Below, in pieces: positions 1 to 12,567 of a stretch of 38,848 bases of DNA (the first letter of the stretch is position 1; each line of letters begins with the position of its first letter). The position numbers were made by a program, and so were the translations under genes. The notes under the pieces were generated by a model. It had not been told where the DNA came from and searched no databases. It saw only the letters and a list, made by a program, of their open reading frames with translations. Origin of the DNA: Chiloscyllium plagiosum (Eukaryota). Location of the stretch: NCBI RefSeq assembly GCF_004010195.1, contig NW_025214073.1, positions 1-38,848 of the forward strand, written 5' to 3'.

Positions 1-179
1 GCTCATATTCAAAATATTAATGGAGTCCTGGCTGGCACTGAATCCTCCCACCGTCCATATCACAGGGGTTACCATTAACCAGAACGTGAAGTCAAATCAA
101 CATACAAATACAAGGGTTACAAGAGCAGGTCAGAGACTTACAAGTCTATACTGAATAATAGACCCTATGAACTAAACGG

Positions 180-890
180 TATGAGATATAGCAATAGATT
201 TAGGCCATTCAGCCCATTCCTTCACTCTGATACTGTGCCATTTTGTCATTGTCTCTCTGAAAAGTGGAAATATCTTCTACATACTGACTGTATCAATCTT
301 TGCAGTAATCCATTAGTTTCATTCAGACCCCCCAACCCCCCACAATTCTTCTAAATTCCATCGAATACACATACTGCTGCCCATATGACAAGCCGTCATC
401 CCCAGGATGGATCACCTCCAACACCAGTAGATCTTTCTCCAGAGATAGTGTCCAAAACAGCTCAAAATTGGCGAAATGCCGTCTGTCCCTAGCCCATTCC
501 ATTCTCAGCAGTATGTCTCCCGTCTTGCATTCTTGCTCTCTTGAAATGAAAGCAAACATTGCTTTTGCTTTCCAAACTGCCAACTGAACATGCACGTTAA
601 CCATAAGAGGGGACGAGTTGCTTCAAAATCCTTTTGTGCTTCAGATTTAATGGATCTTATTAGAACATAGTGTCTCCTCTATTCCGCCTACCAAAGTGCA
701 TATTCTCACACGTTCCCATATTATGTTCCTTCAGCGACGTGTTTTCCCACAGTCCTAAACTGTTCACGCCTTTCTGCAGCTTCCCCACTTCCTCAATATC
801 ATCTGCAAACTTAGCAAAACTGCCCTTAAGTCGTTTGTTCAGTTTGTTCATATATAATACATTTCCTGGCTTCCTTAGGACCGTCCACCA
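180..890 (-). mobile_element. Decayed CR1-type LINE, 3' part of ORF2 (RT core to C-terminus)
   Basis: Minus-strand frames give 'FAKFADD', 'GTCENMHFGRRNR' and 'KAKAMFAFISR', typical of CR1 ORF2. Contains stops, frameshifts and deletions. Confidence 0.8.
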
Positions 891-1835
891 TCTACAAGGC
901 ACAACAGTCAAGGTGCTTGACTCCATTCAGGTTTAAGCAGTGGCTTGACTTGAATTACACCTGTAAAGTCTTCACTCCCTGCACCACTGACTCTCAGTAG
1001 AAGCACACCCTATCCACTTTTGTTGTGAGTTTACTCATTATGGCGCACAATCTCAGTCTATTGATGTCACTCCGTCTCAACACTAACTGAGCTGTGCTCA
1101 CACCAACCATGTCACTGTGTATTGATGACGATGGGGGGAGGTCAGCGAGGGGATGTCTTTGATGAATGACTGTGTGACTGCCAGTGTGAAACCTGCCCCG
1201 ACAGCCTCGGATGGACCTGTGCCCGCTGTCACCTTTGCAGACATGATCAGTCTTCCTGCAGGTCAAATCAAGGAAAGCGCCGGGCCTGGATAGTGTTCTC
1301 GGCTGAGCACTCAGATCCTGTGAGGACCAACTGGCAGAGGTATTCACATGCAATTTCAGCCTTTCCCTCCCACAGGCTGACCCAACCTGCTTCAAGAAGA
1401 CCAACATCAACCTTGTAAGTGAGAAAACTCATGCTTTAATGACTTAATGATTACCGCCCAGTGGCTCTAACTTCAATAAACATGGAGTGATTTGAAATGC
1501 TGGTTATGCCCACATCACCTCCAATCTCCCAGCCTGACTTGATCCCCTATAATATGCCGACTGATGTAATGGGTCCACAACAGATGCCGTATCCCGAGCC
1601 CTGCACTCATCCCTCGGACATCTGGATAACAAAGACATCAACACCAGACTCCTGCTCATTGACCTCCACCTTAAACATCATTGTCCCCTCCAGACTGATC
1701 TCAAAATGCCGTGACCTTAGTCGTGGCTCCACCCTCTGCAACTGGGTCTCCCGGTTTCTGACCAACAGACCAGAATTAGTGAAGGTATGTATCTGTACCT
1801 CCGCCACAATAACATTCAACACTGGAGCTCCTGGA

Positions 1836-4476
1836 GGATGTGTCCTCAGCCCCCGACTGTACAACCTGTACACACATGGCTGTGTCCTCCGCCCCTTACT
1901 GTACTCCCTATACACACACGGCTGTGCCCCTCGGCTCGCTACTGTACTCCCTGTACAGACACGGCTGTGTCCTCAGCCCCCTACTGTTATCCCGGTACAC
2001 ACACGGAAAGTGTCCCTCAGCTCGCTACTGTACTCCCTGTACACGCACAACTGTGTCCCTCAGCCCCTTACTGTACTCCCTGTACATACACGGCTGTGTC
2101 CCTCGGCTCGCTACTGTACTCCCTGTACACACACGGCTGTGTCCTCAGCCCCCTACTGTACTCTCTGTACACACACGGCTGTGTCCTCAGCCCCCGACTT
2201 TACTCCCTGTACAGACACGGCTATGTCCCTCAGTCCCCTACTGTACTCCCTGTACACACACGGCTGTGTCCCTCAGCCCCCTACTGTACTCCCTGTACAC
2301 ATATGGCTGTGTCCTCAGTCTCATACTGTACTCCCTGTACACACACGGCTGTGTCCTCAGCCCCCTACTGTACTCCCTGTACACACACGTCTGTGTCCTC
2401 AGCCCCCTAGTTTACTCCCTGTACACATACGGCTGTGCCCTCAGCACCTACTGTACTCCCTGTAGACCAATGGCTGTGCCCTCATCTCCTTACTGTATTC
2501 CCTGTTCCCCNNNNNNNNNNNNNNNNNNNNNNNNNNNNNNNNNNNNNNNNNNNNNNNNNNNNNNNNNNNNNNNNNNNNNNNNNNNNNNNNNNNNNNNNNN
2601 NNNNNNNNNNNNNNNNNNNNNNNNNNNNNNNNNNNNNNNNNNNNNNNNNNNNNNNNNNNNNNNNNNNNNNNNNNNNNNNNNNNNNNNNNNNNNNNNNNNN
2701 NNNNNNNNNNNNNNNNNNNNNNNNNNNNNNNNNNNNNNNNNNNNNNNNNNNNNNNNNNNNNNNNNNNNNNNNNNNNNNNNNNNNNNNNNNNNNNNNNNNN
2801 NNNNNNNNNNNNNNNNNNNNNNNNNNNNNNNNNNNNNNNNNNNNNNNNNNNNNNNNNNNNNNNNNNNNNNNNNNNNNNNNNNNNNNNNNNNNNNNNNNNN
2901 NNNNNNNNNNNNNNNNNNNNNNNNNNNNNNNNNNNNNNNNNNNNNNNNNNNNNNNNNNNNNNNNNNNNNNNNNNNNNNNNNNNNNNNNNNNNNNNNNNNN
3001 NNNNNNNNNNNNNNNNNNNNNNNNNNNNNNNNNNNNNNNNNNNNNNNNNNNNNNNNNNNNNNNNNNNNNNNNNNNNNNNNNNNNNNNNNNNNNNNNNNNN
3101 NNNNNNNNNNNNNNNGTACTCCCTGTACACACAGAGCTGTGACCTCTGCCCCCTACTGTACTCCTGTATACCAAAGGCTGTGTCCTCAGCCTCCTACTGT
3201 ACCCCCTGTACACATATGGCTGTGTCCTCAGCCCCCTACTGTACTCCCTGTACACACAGAGCTGTGACCTCTGCCCCCTACTGTACTCCTGTATACCAAA
3301 GGCTGTGTCCTCAGCCTCCTACTGTACTCGCTGCATACCGACGGCTGTGTCCTCAGCCCCCTACTGTACTCCCTGGACACACACGACTGTGTCCTCAGCC
3401 CCATACTGTACACCCTGTACACACACAGCTGTAATCTCTGCCCCCTACTGTACTCCCTGTACACATATGGTTGTGTCCGCAGTCCCCTACTGTACTCCCT
3501 GTACAAACAAGGCTGTGCCATGAGCCCCCTGCTGTACTCCCTGTACACACACAGCTTTGTCATAAGCCCCCTACTGTACTCCCTGTACACACACTGCATT
3601 GTCATCAGCCACCTACTGTACTCTGGTACACACCCGGCTTTGTCCTCAGACCCCTCCTGTACTCCTGTACACATGGCTGTGTCCCACAGCCCCCTATTGT
3701 ACTCCCTGTACACACACTGCGTTGTCATCAGCCCCCTACTGTACTCCTGTACACACCCTGCGTTGTCATCAGCACCCTACTGTACTCCGGTACACACTCG
3801 ACTGTGTCATCAGCCAATTACTGTACTCCTGTACACACCTGGCTATATCCCTCAGCCCCCTATTGTACTCCCTGTCCACACACGGCTTTGTCATCAGCCC
3901 CCTACTGTACTCCCTGTACACACATGGCGTTGTCATCAGCCCCCTGCTGTACTCCAGTACACACCCGGCTGTGTCCTCAGCCCCTACTGTACTCCTGTAC
4001 ACACCCGGCTGTGTCCTCAGCCCCCTACTATACTCCTATACACACCTGGCTGTGTCCCTCAGCCCCCTATTGTACTTCCTGTACACACCCGGCTGTGTCC
4101 TCAGCCACCTACTGTACTCCTGTACATACCTGGCTGTGTCCCTCCGCCCCCTATTGTACTCCCTGAACACACAAGGCTTTGTCATCAGCCCCCTACTGTA
4201 CTCCCTGAACAAACGCAGCGTTGTCCTCAGCCACCTACTGTACTCCTGTACACACCCGGCTGTGTCCTCAGCCCCCTACTGTACTCCTGTACACACCTGG
4301 CTGTGTCCCTCAGCCCCCTATTGTACTCCCTGTACACACACGGCTTTGTCCTCAGCCCCCTACTGTACTCCTGTACACACCTGGCTGTGTCCCTCAGCCC
4401 CCTACTGTACTCCCTGTACACACACGGCTTTGTCATCAGCCCCCTACTGTACTCCCTGTACACACACGGCTCTGTT
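1836..4476 (+). repeat. Minisatellite, consensus 42-bp unit GGCTGTGTCCTCAGCCCCCTACTGTACTCCCTGTACACACAC (41/43-bp variants), roughly 60 units including the gap
   Basis: Directly visible tandem array; the unit translates to GCVLSPLLYSLYTH. Confidence 0.97.
2511..3115. other. Assembly gap (605 N) inside the minisatellite
   Basis: Run of N. Confidence 1.
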
Positions 4477-5012
4477 GCCATATTCAAAAAAATGCCACCT
4501 GTACGTTTGCTGATGACATCACCAAAGCAGGAGGGATATCAAGCAACGATGAGTCTGAACACAGAGAGGAGATAGTGGGTTTGGTGGCATGATGGAATGA
4601 TAATAATCTCCCTCGCCAATTCGGCAAAAGTAGAGAACTGATCATTGAGTTTAGACCGAAAGGAGGGGAACAAGCCCCTATCTCCATCAACGGTTGAGAG
4701 AGTGCAGAGCGTCAAGTCCCTTGGTGTGATGATAACTGACAACCTACCCTGGACTTCTCACATTGGTGTGACAGTCAAGATGGTTCAAAAACGCCTCTCC
4801 TTCCTCACTTGGCTCAGGATATTTAGCATGCACTACTCCTACTTCTATTGTGAATGTACTGTCCGGGTATGTAATGGCCTGGTACGGCAACGCTCTACCC
4901 AGGACCATCAGAAACTACAGAAGATTGTGTTCACAGCCAAGACTATGACGGACTCCAATCTCCCAACCATTGAACTATTTACAAGGCTCGTTGCCGCAGA
5001 AAGACTGCCAAC

Positions 5013-5707
5013 ATCTATCCGAGATTACTGAGGGAAGAGAGAGAGGAATTAGCTGGGGCCTTAACAGATATCTTTGTAACATCCTTGAACACAACTGAGG
5101 TCCCGGAGTACGGGAAAGTTTCTAATGCCCTTGTTTAAGAAGGGTAGCATGAATAATCCAGTTAATTATAGACCAGTGAACCTGACGTCACGGTAAGGAA
5201 GCTGCGAGAGAAGATACTGAGGGATAGGATCTATTCTCATTTGGATGAAAATGATCTTATTAGTGACAGGCAGCATGGTTTAGTGAAGGGAAGGCCATGT
5301 CTTTCCAACTTAATATAATTATTTGAAGAAGTGACAAAGTTGATTGATGACGGAGGGGCTGTAGATGTCATGTACATGGACTTCAGGAAGACGTTTGATA
5401 AGATTTCCCATGGTTGGGTTATAGAGAAAGTGAAGACACATGGTGTCCAGGGTGTGCTAGCTACATGGATAAAGAACAGGCTTGGCAACAGGGGATAGAG
5501 CGAATTAGGGGAAGGGAGTTTCTCAAAATGAAGAACTGTGAGCAGTGGTGCTCCATGTAAGATGTTTCCGGAAAGATAGATGAATGGGCAGGGAGCATAG
5601 GGATACAGACCTTTAGAAAATAGGAGACAGGTTGAGATAGCGGATATGGATCAGCTGTTATTGGACCGCCGAATGGCCTGTTCCTGTACTGGAATGTTCT
5701 TTGTTCT
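5013..5707 (+). mobile_element. 5'-truncated, internally deleted CR1 LINE nested in the Rex1/Babar element
   Basis: Encodes 'NYRPVNLTS', 'QHGLVKGRPCLSNL' and 'VDVMYMDFRKTFDKISH', then jumps at ~5560 to a 3' tail ending GTTCTTTGTTCT. AACAT occurs on both sides (candidate short TSD) and the host LINE resumes there. Confidence 0.8.
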
Positions 5708-6019
5708 AACATAACCAAAGTCCCATCATATATCTGTAAAGATCTCCCACAAACTATTCCATCAGGCGATAAGATACAGACGCTTAAACACACAAAGCAG
5801 AAAGTTCAGGAACAGCTTCTTCCTAGCTGTTATTAGACTGATGATTGGACTCTCTAATCTTAGATAATGCTGATTTTCCTCATATTGATCTTGCCTAGCG
5901 CACTCCCTGTGCAGCGTAACATATATGCCTCTTAGACATGTTCTACAGCCATCGTTCAGTACTTCCATGCTTACCATGATCTTCCTGGACACCTTGGCAC
6001 AAGAGAAAATAAATCCTCA

Positions 6020-6480
6020 CCTCCCTACCCCCAGCTTCCTCCAGTGCTCACGCCCAGGTCCCTCCGGTCCTCACCCCCAGCTCCTCCCATTCCCCCCAGC
6101 TCCCCTTGAACCTATCCCCAGCTCCCTCTGAGCTTTGTCTCTCACTGTTTCTCTCACACTGTCTATCCAGTGCTCACTCCCAGCTCTCTTCGGTCCTCAC
6201 CCCCAGCTTCTCCCATACCCCCCAGCTCCCTGTGACCCCATCCCCAGCTCCCCGTGTCCTTTGTCTCTTCCTGTGTGTCTCTCCCTGTCTGTTTCCCTCT
6301 GTTTTCCTTTTCCCTGCCTTCTGTTTCTTTCCCTGAACCTATTATCTTCCCTGCTCTCTGTCCATGTGACGGTTTGTTTCCTTGTTTTGTTTCCTTTCTC
6401 TCATTGACTGACTGTCCATCTGTTTCCCTCGCTGTGTTCTCTCTCTCCTTCCCTTCGTGTCTGTCTCTTTCTCCTTCGTT
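6020..6480. repeat. Pyrimidine-rich low-complexity tract with CCCCAGCT motifs and an imperfect ~128-bp-period duplication (6060-6127 vs 6188-6253)
   Basis: Direct inspection. Confidence 0.75.
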
Positions 6481-6714
6481 GTGATGGTGATGGCTTCTCT
6501 GTTCGTTTGAAGCAGGTGATGGCTCATTGGTTCGATTTTGGCAATACAATGCACTCAACAAGCTTTTGGTATGGAGGACATAACTTAAAAGTATCAGTTA
6601 AATTTCAATTGTTGTCAAAACAGCAACCAGAACGTGGGTATCCATTTAACAGCCAATTGTGACATCTAACTATTTTGAAACCGCCCGTCTCCCAGTGCTC
6701 TGTATAATGGCAAC

Positions 6715-7212
6715 TCAAAGCATTCTATTCGGGTGCATAAATACCTGACATGGTAACTGCTCTGCCGAGGCCCATAAGAAACTACAGACGGTTGTGCGCA
6801 TAGTCCAGACCATCACGGAAGACAACCTTCCGTCCATTTATACTTGTCATTGTCGCAGAAAGGCTGGCAACATTAAAGATCTCTACCAAACCGGTAATGA
6901 TCTCCTACAACCTCTTCCAACAGGGAGGAGACACAGAGGCTTGAAAACATGGACCAGCATGCTCAGGAATACTCCCTTCCCTACCATTATTAGACTGACA
7001 AATTGACATCTCTCACTTTTCAATAAATATTAATCTTGCTAATGTCGATCTTACTTTGCACACCTCCTGTGAAGCTGTAACCTTGTATGCCTCGCTCTGT
7101 CCAAGGACCCTGTGATCTCTGTTTTCTTGTTTAGGGTCATTTGCCTGCATTACAATTAAAACAAATCTTTCCATTGTACATTTGCCTAAGATAAATAAAA
7201 CCAATCAGATCA
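6715..7212 (+). mobile_element. Second Rex1/Babar 3' fragment
   Basis: 'KKLQTVVRIVQTITEDNLPSIYTCHCRRKAGNIKD...QPLPTGRRHRGL...LRNTPFPTIIRL' parallels 4870-5010 plus 5710-5950. Confidence 0.8.
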
Positions 7213-7383
7213 AACACGTGGACTTCAGTGGCTCAAGGTCTTCTCAAGGGCAACGGGAAAAATGAACTAATGCTGCCCCAGTCAGAGATACCCATATTCC
7301 ATTAATGAGTATAGACGATGACCACACTCAGGGAGGACAGACAGAGGGAATCAAATCGCTTTAAACATGATCTTAGATATATA

Positions 7384-7609
7384 CAGGTTTCCCTCACTAT
7401 TTGTAAGTAGAATGTCCTACGAAACCGTTCGCAATCTAATATGGTGTAAAGTGCAGTAGCACTAATTTATATGGGAAAAATTTCGGCTCTCTTCGTAAAA
7501 CTGAAAATCCTGTTCGGATTTCTTTTGATTAGCGAAACAAGGCCCTAATGTAAGTCATTCGTAAAGGGAAGTGGCGAAAAGCGAACTTTTGAAAAGCGGG
7601 GGCTACCTG
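7384..7609. mobile_element. Tc1/mariner-superfamily (Tigger/pogo-like) MITE, 226 bp
   Basis: Imperfect TIRs CAGGTTTCCCTCACTAT / AAAGCGGGGGCTACCTG, TA on both sides (7382-7383, 7610-7611). Absent from the paralogous site near 24130. Confidence 0.8.
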
Positions 7610-7924
7610 TATTTACAAGGGCATGATACTCAGGAAGATGGGAATGGTGAAAAATAAATGAGTTGAATCTCACATTTTATTTCCAGCCCAGCTGACCATC
7701 ATTCTGTTTGTTTGCTCTTTTTTTTCTTCTATATCTCTCTTTCTCTACTGATTCCACCTCCCCTTCAAAGCAGACTTCCCAGTCAACGGTATCAATCACA
7801 CTCTTTTCCAACTGCTTTCAGGTCAGGAAAGTTTCCCAGCACTTTCAGTTCGTTTATTTGCATTTCTTTGTATAATTTCAGATTTTCAGCATCTTCCCTT
7901 ATTTGATTTCACCTTCAATTATTT

Positions 7925-8300
7925 TAATTCGTGTGATGTTGACATCTCTGCCAAGGGCAGCATTTGGTGACCATCGCTAATTGCCCTGACTCTGAGGCCA
8001 TTCCACAGTCAATATAAAGTTAAGCACATTGTCATGGGTCTAAAGTCACACTTAACCCAGACCGGGAAATAACATTAGATTTCTTCACCGAAGGGATCAG
8101 TGAAAGGAGAAGGTTTTCAGACAAAATGTTGCTTTTATGTTTGTTTTTCGTGAAATTCACTTTTATTCCAATTCTTATCACTTTTATTTAAGTTCTGTCA
8201 TCAGCTGTGGTAGGACTTGAAACAAATCACTTGAAACAATATCTTTCGTTTAATAAGCTTTGCTTCTTAATTACATCCAGCGACATTCCTACATTCATAC
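7925..8300 (-). mobile_element. Decayed SacSINE1/DeuSINE-like SINE
   Basis: Reverse-complement similarity to the better-preserved copy at 23605-24060 (Deu-domain-like core, B-box remnant). Confidence 0.65.
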
Positions 8301-9104
8301 ATTGTCCTAATCATGAAGTAACGTCTGAGACAAGAACAATTTTATGATTGAAATATTTGTAATCGGAAAAGTCAGAAGAGAACATGAAACATTAAGTCTG
8401 AATTTTACCAACGTGCAGCCAATGGTTGGTTCAGCAACAATACTGACACAGAGATGAAGTTTGGGGATATTAGGAGCTGGGAGTGGACAGGTTTGGTGAC
8501 AGAGAGAACAGGAGGCATAAATCAGTTCAGGGCTAAAAGGGATCTCGAGGTTGTGCACAGTTTGTTCGCAGATATTTGTGATGGAGTGGTCTGCAATTCA
8601 TGGGTAATGAATGGAGACTGCAATCGAAACTGAAGACAATAGTTTCTTTCTCTGACAAATATAGAAAACAGAAATTGCAACGAAGTTCAAACTTGGTTAT
8701 GGGATTAATGAATGGACAGAGGTAGATAACACCAACAATAGCGAGAATAGGTTAGTAGCACACCCTCCACCCCGCCCAGAATAATCATCAATCCGATATG
8801 GTAGAAATTCCCAATAGGGGGAAATCTTGAAAAGACTCAAGGAAAACCTCCTCGCCATTGTTGTAATGTTCTAGTTTTTATTCTCCGATTCAGATCTATG
8901 CAGCTATTGATCTCTGTTACTGTTGGAGCTTAGGCATCTGTTACTACAGTGAGATAGCGCACTGAATGAAGCCTCTTACTAATAGGAGAGGGAAACCCTC
9001 CAGTGACACAGTTGAGAAATTACAAAGTTCCTATGTTTGACAGGGCTCTAAATATCGATGACGTACTGCATTGTGGGACAAAACCATAGTGAGACATTGT
9101 TGAA

Positions 9105-10955
9105 ACAAAAACCGAAGTTGCTGCAAAAGGTTGTAGCTTCTCTACAGAGAAATCAGAGTTAACGTTTCTAGTGCAGTGGCCCTTCCTCAGAACGGATGGT
9201 AGCCCTGAAAATATTGGTTTATATATAGCAGAGGCTGAATAACTGTTAATGGAGACAGTTAGAAGCTAACAATAGGGGGTGAGTAATGGAAGGCGATGTG
9301 GGAACCGAGGCCTCGTATATGGGTAGGGGACGAGGACATTGGAGAGTTCAGTCGCTAAAATTATTAAACATTATTTTGATCTGAAGGGCTGTAGGTCCGT
9401 CTGCAGAAAATGAGGTGCTGTTCTTCCAGCTTGCATTGAAATGTCCTGTAACACTGCAGTAAGCCTGCCACAGAGATATTGGCCAGGGAACAGGATGGGG
9501 TATTAAACTGGCAGGCAACTGGAAGAAAGGGTCTTTTGCATAGGTACAGCTTGGATATTGATCACATCTCCCATCACCCAGTCTACCTTTAGTTTCCCCA
9601 AAGTAGAACCGACTACATTGTGAGCACCGAATGTCGTAGACTAGATTGTGGGAAATGTTGGTAGGATGCTGCTTCACCTGGGAGGCATGTTTGGGCCTTT
9701 GGAGAGTGAGGAGGGAGGAGGTAAATGGGAAAATGTAACACCTCCGGCAGGGGAAAGTGAAGTGGACCAGTGGTGGGGAGTGGGGGAAGTGGGGGGAGAT
9801 TTTGGCAGTTATTAAAGTGTGTCCTGGAGGAAATGGTCCCTACTGAAGGCGGAAAAGGGAGATGAGGCAAATATCTGTCTGGTGGTGGCATCTCGCTGGA
9901 GGTGGGGGAAAAGCAGACTGATGATCTTCTGCATGTGAATGCTGGTTGGATGGGAGGTAAGGACAAGGGGAACTCTAACCCTGTTGCAGGAAGGCGGAGG
10001 GAGGCTGAGGGTAGATGTGCAGGAGGTGGGTCAGAACTGATTGTGGGCCCAGTGCTGGGGAATTCTCGGTTGAGGAAGAAGGTGGGACATTTTAGAGGCC
10101 ACACTTTTGAAGTTGACATCAACAGAAGCAATGCGGGGGAGACGGAGGAACTGGGGAATGGAATGGAGTCTTTGCAGGAAACACTATGTGAGGATGTGTA
10201 CTTCATGTAGCAGTGGGAGTCGGTGGGTTAATACTGGATATCAGTGACCGGTCTATCCATAGAAATAGAAGCAGAGATGTCGAGGAAAGGAAGGGAGGAT
10301 TCAGAGATAGATGAGGTAAAAGTGAGGAAGGGGTGCAAATTGGAAACGATGAACGTTTCCACCCTTATCGGCACAGGCTGAATAATACATTCAGGGTTGA
10401 ATCGAAGCATACAGCCTAGTCTGTTCAGACGGTGATAGGTTGGATAGGGTGAGGGGGATGCAGAGAAATTAAAACAACCAGTGTCACATGGAGAGTTGTT
10501 CATGAACAGATTGAGTTCAAGTAAACGCAAGAGAAATTCGCCCAGATGGAGGGATAGTGTTGGAGCTGGGCAAAGGGGCTATGGGATGGGGAGTGGACTC
10601 TTGCCGAAAGAAATGGACACCGAGGAGAAGGCGGTGGAAGAGGAGTTCAACATTATGTCGTGCTTGAATTTCATTAAAATGAGGGCACAGAGGGATAAAG
10701 CTGATACCTTTGTTGTGTACAAAACATTCAGCATTTGAGCGTGGAAGGTTAGATCGGATGGTTAATACATGACAGGAGGTGGGCTTGGGGGAGGGGATGG
10801 ACTCAAGAGTGCAGGGCATGGGTGATGTGGCAGGTTCCAGAGGCTCATAGGCATCTCTGAGATGTTCCATCTTGTGGGCCTCGTATATCTGGCGTGCACG
10901 GTGAATGAGCTGGAGAATGAAGTAGAATTGGAGAATGGTGCAGCCTTGAGCCAAT
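9105..10955 (-). mobile_element. Penelope-like element (Neptune-type), RT core deleted, with pLTR
   Basis: GIY-YIG 'NLVYDIRCSQCSRFYFGETKGRLGD'; late RT 'FTSSISESSLPFLDISASI'; N-terminal 'KGISFIPLCPHFNEIQARHNVELLF'. Flanks GACATTGTTGAA / GACACTGTTGAA are a candidate TSD. Confidence 0.85.
9159..9190 (-). ncRNA. Degenerate minimal hammerhead ribozyme motif in Penelope pLTR
   Basis: Minus strand CTGAGGA-AGGGCCACTGCACTA-GAAA-CGTT matches CUGANGA...GAAA. Stem II is mispaired, so it is probably inactive. Confidence 0.55.
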
Positions 10956-12567
10956 GTGATGTGACACTGTTGAACGAGAAAATGTTGATCTCAGTGGCAC
11001 TGACATTGCACGTTCAGTCCTCAGAAATTAACTGATTGAAAATAATTGGAATTATTATCTTATTGTGATGCACTGATTTCATTGGGGTGATACTCAAGCA
11101 GCAAGGTCTTACTTTTCTGAGACTTTAGACCAACCCGTGAAAGCAGAATGAATCTTGATGTTATCAATAAGACAAATCCATCCATGGTTTTCGAAGGCAC
11201 TAGCAAAGGCAGAGTTTATTTGTCATCTTCAATAGCTCTAGGGAAGGTGTCATTGTTCATTGAGGAAATTCCCAGCACAGAATGTCCTCTGATTCCCATT
11301 GACCACAGTTTGCTCAGGGTCAATGATGCTACCTGAGTCAAATATTACTTTGATGCAAGGGAAGTTACTCTGATCTCACCTCAAATGACATGGGAAAATC
11401 AGTTAAAATAATAAAGAGCAAAATGATAGAACACGGCTTGTTTGAACAATGTGGTCAATGTCCTCACAACGTTTAAGGAAAAACTGATGCAGGGACTTCT
11501 GATTCTGAGGAGAGGTTTGTCCCATTGGGATGAGGCTGTTTAGTTAAGCACTGTGACACAGAGACAGAAAATAAGTTTCACTCTGTACGGGGAACAAAAC
11601 CATCATTTTCACATTGTATTGGACAGTGACAGACATACACTATTTTCTGTTCCTATATTGATCATCCCAATCTCATCATTCAATGATGACCAATAGCAGC
11701 ACAGAAGCCAGCAGTTCCCATCACCCCAGTTGGAAAGCAAAAATGGAAAGGAATGGCCAGTGGAAGTGGGAGTAACTAGGGAACTGATGTAACTTACAGT
11801 GGGAGTGGGAGTGGGAGAAGAAAGATGTGAAGAGATATAGTCAGTGGAAGAGTATGTAGCAGTAGAAGAAGTAATGCAAGGGAAGTAGGAGTATAAAAAT
11901 AGAATAGGAAGGTGGAGGAAGAATGGCTAATGAAGTTTTAGTGGCTGGGAAAATATTTGCTTTAGCAGAAGTGAGGTTGGGTGAAGAACGTCACTGTTCA
12001 GGAAAATTGGGATCTGGTTCCATTTAAAATTAAGATGTGATGGACTTCTTTTTCTATCACTTGATTCTTGTTCAGATTGCACATCACTCTGTATTTCTGT
12101 ATCTCCATCAAATGCAGATGTCATGTTTTTTTTTTCCTCTGGTATGGTGTCTCAACATTTTTGATTTTTTTTAACAGTATGTATTTGGTTCCAATTCAAG
12201 GTAGACATGAGCATATGATTTGATGTCCTGCAGTTTGTCCATAACGTAAAATTTAATTGAGTGTTTATCCTCATCACATTAGCTGATTCAAGCAATGGTT
12301 CTGTGTCCACCCTGCAAATTAAAAATTCTTCAGTTTTGCCTATTGTTACGAAGAACAGTACTACACAAAAGGCTAATGTTCCAGTGCCAAACCCTAGTTC
12401 ATCCTAAATTAGGTACACGCTTTATGAATAAGTCATGCTGAGGGGCAAAGTGTAAAAGGTGAATTCAACTCTATGTCGAAAATGCTATTTGCAGCTCCCT
12501 CATAATAGGTGTTAACTACATCACTTTGTAAATTTCTCAAAATAGGAATAGGAAGAGACTGGAATTC

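Larger units (their letters stand above)
1190..6013 (+). mobile_element. Rex1/Babar-type LINE (RT and 3' end), interrupted by a minisatellite (1836-4476) and a CR1 insertion (5013-5707)
   Basis: Colinear RT pieces: 'RKAPGLD', 'LCNWVSRFLTNRP', 'ITFNTGAPGGCVLSP', then 'FADDIT' (4506-4517) and 'VERVQSVKSLGVMITDNLPWTSH...QKRLSFL'. After the CR1 it resumes with 'FRNSFFLAVIRL' and the 3' UTR. Confidence 0.85.

Noticed and set aside
1836..4476. CRISPR-like regular repeat
   Set aside because: No unique spacers, head-to-tail units, vertebrate context, no cas genes.
1497..4592. Long Cys/Pro/Thr-rich ORFs (up to 475 aa) resembling keratin-associated or mucin-like proteins
   Set aside because: They are translations of the minisatellite and N gap; the frame shifts with 41/43-bp units.
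6106..6561. Hydrophobic / charged ORFs on both strands
   Set aside because: Low-complexity CT-rich sequence.
7700..7830. Plus-strand 48-nt exon-like segment after a polypyrimidine tract (paralog at ~24300)
   Set aside because: Lies in a decayed Penelope 3' region/pLTR, and the donor is not conserved in the paralog.
11480..11605. Ig V-like 'DEAV' followed by CACTGTG and a 12-bp spacer (RSS-like)
   Set aside because: Nonamer only 5/9, no YYC, in-frame stop; the sequence fits a CR1 'RGLSYEERL' remnant better.
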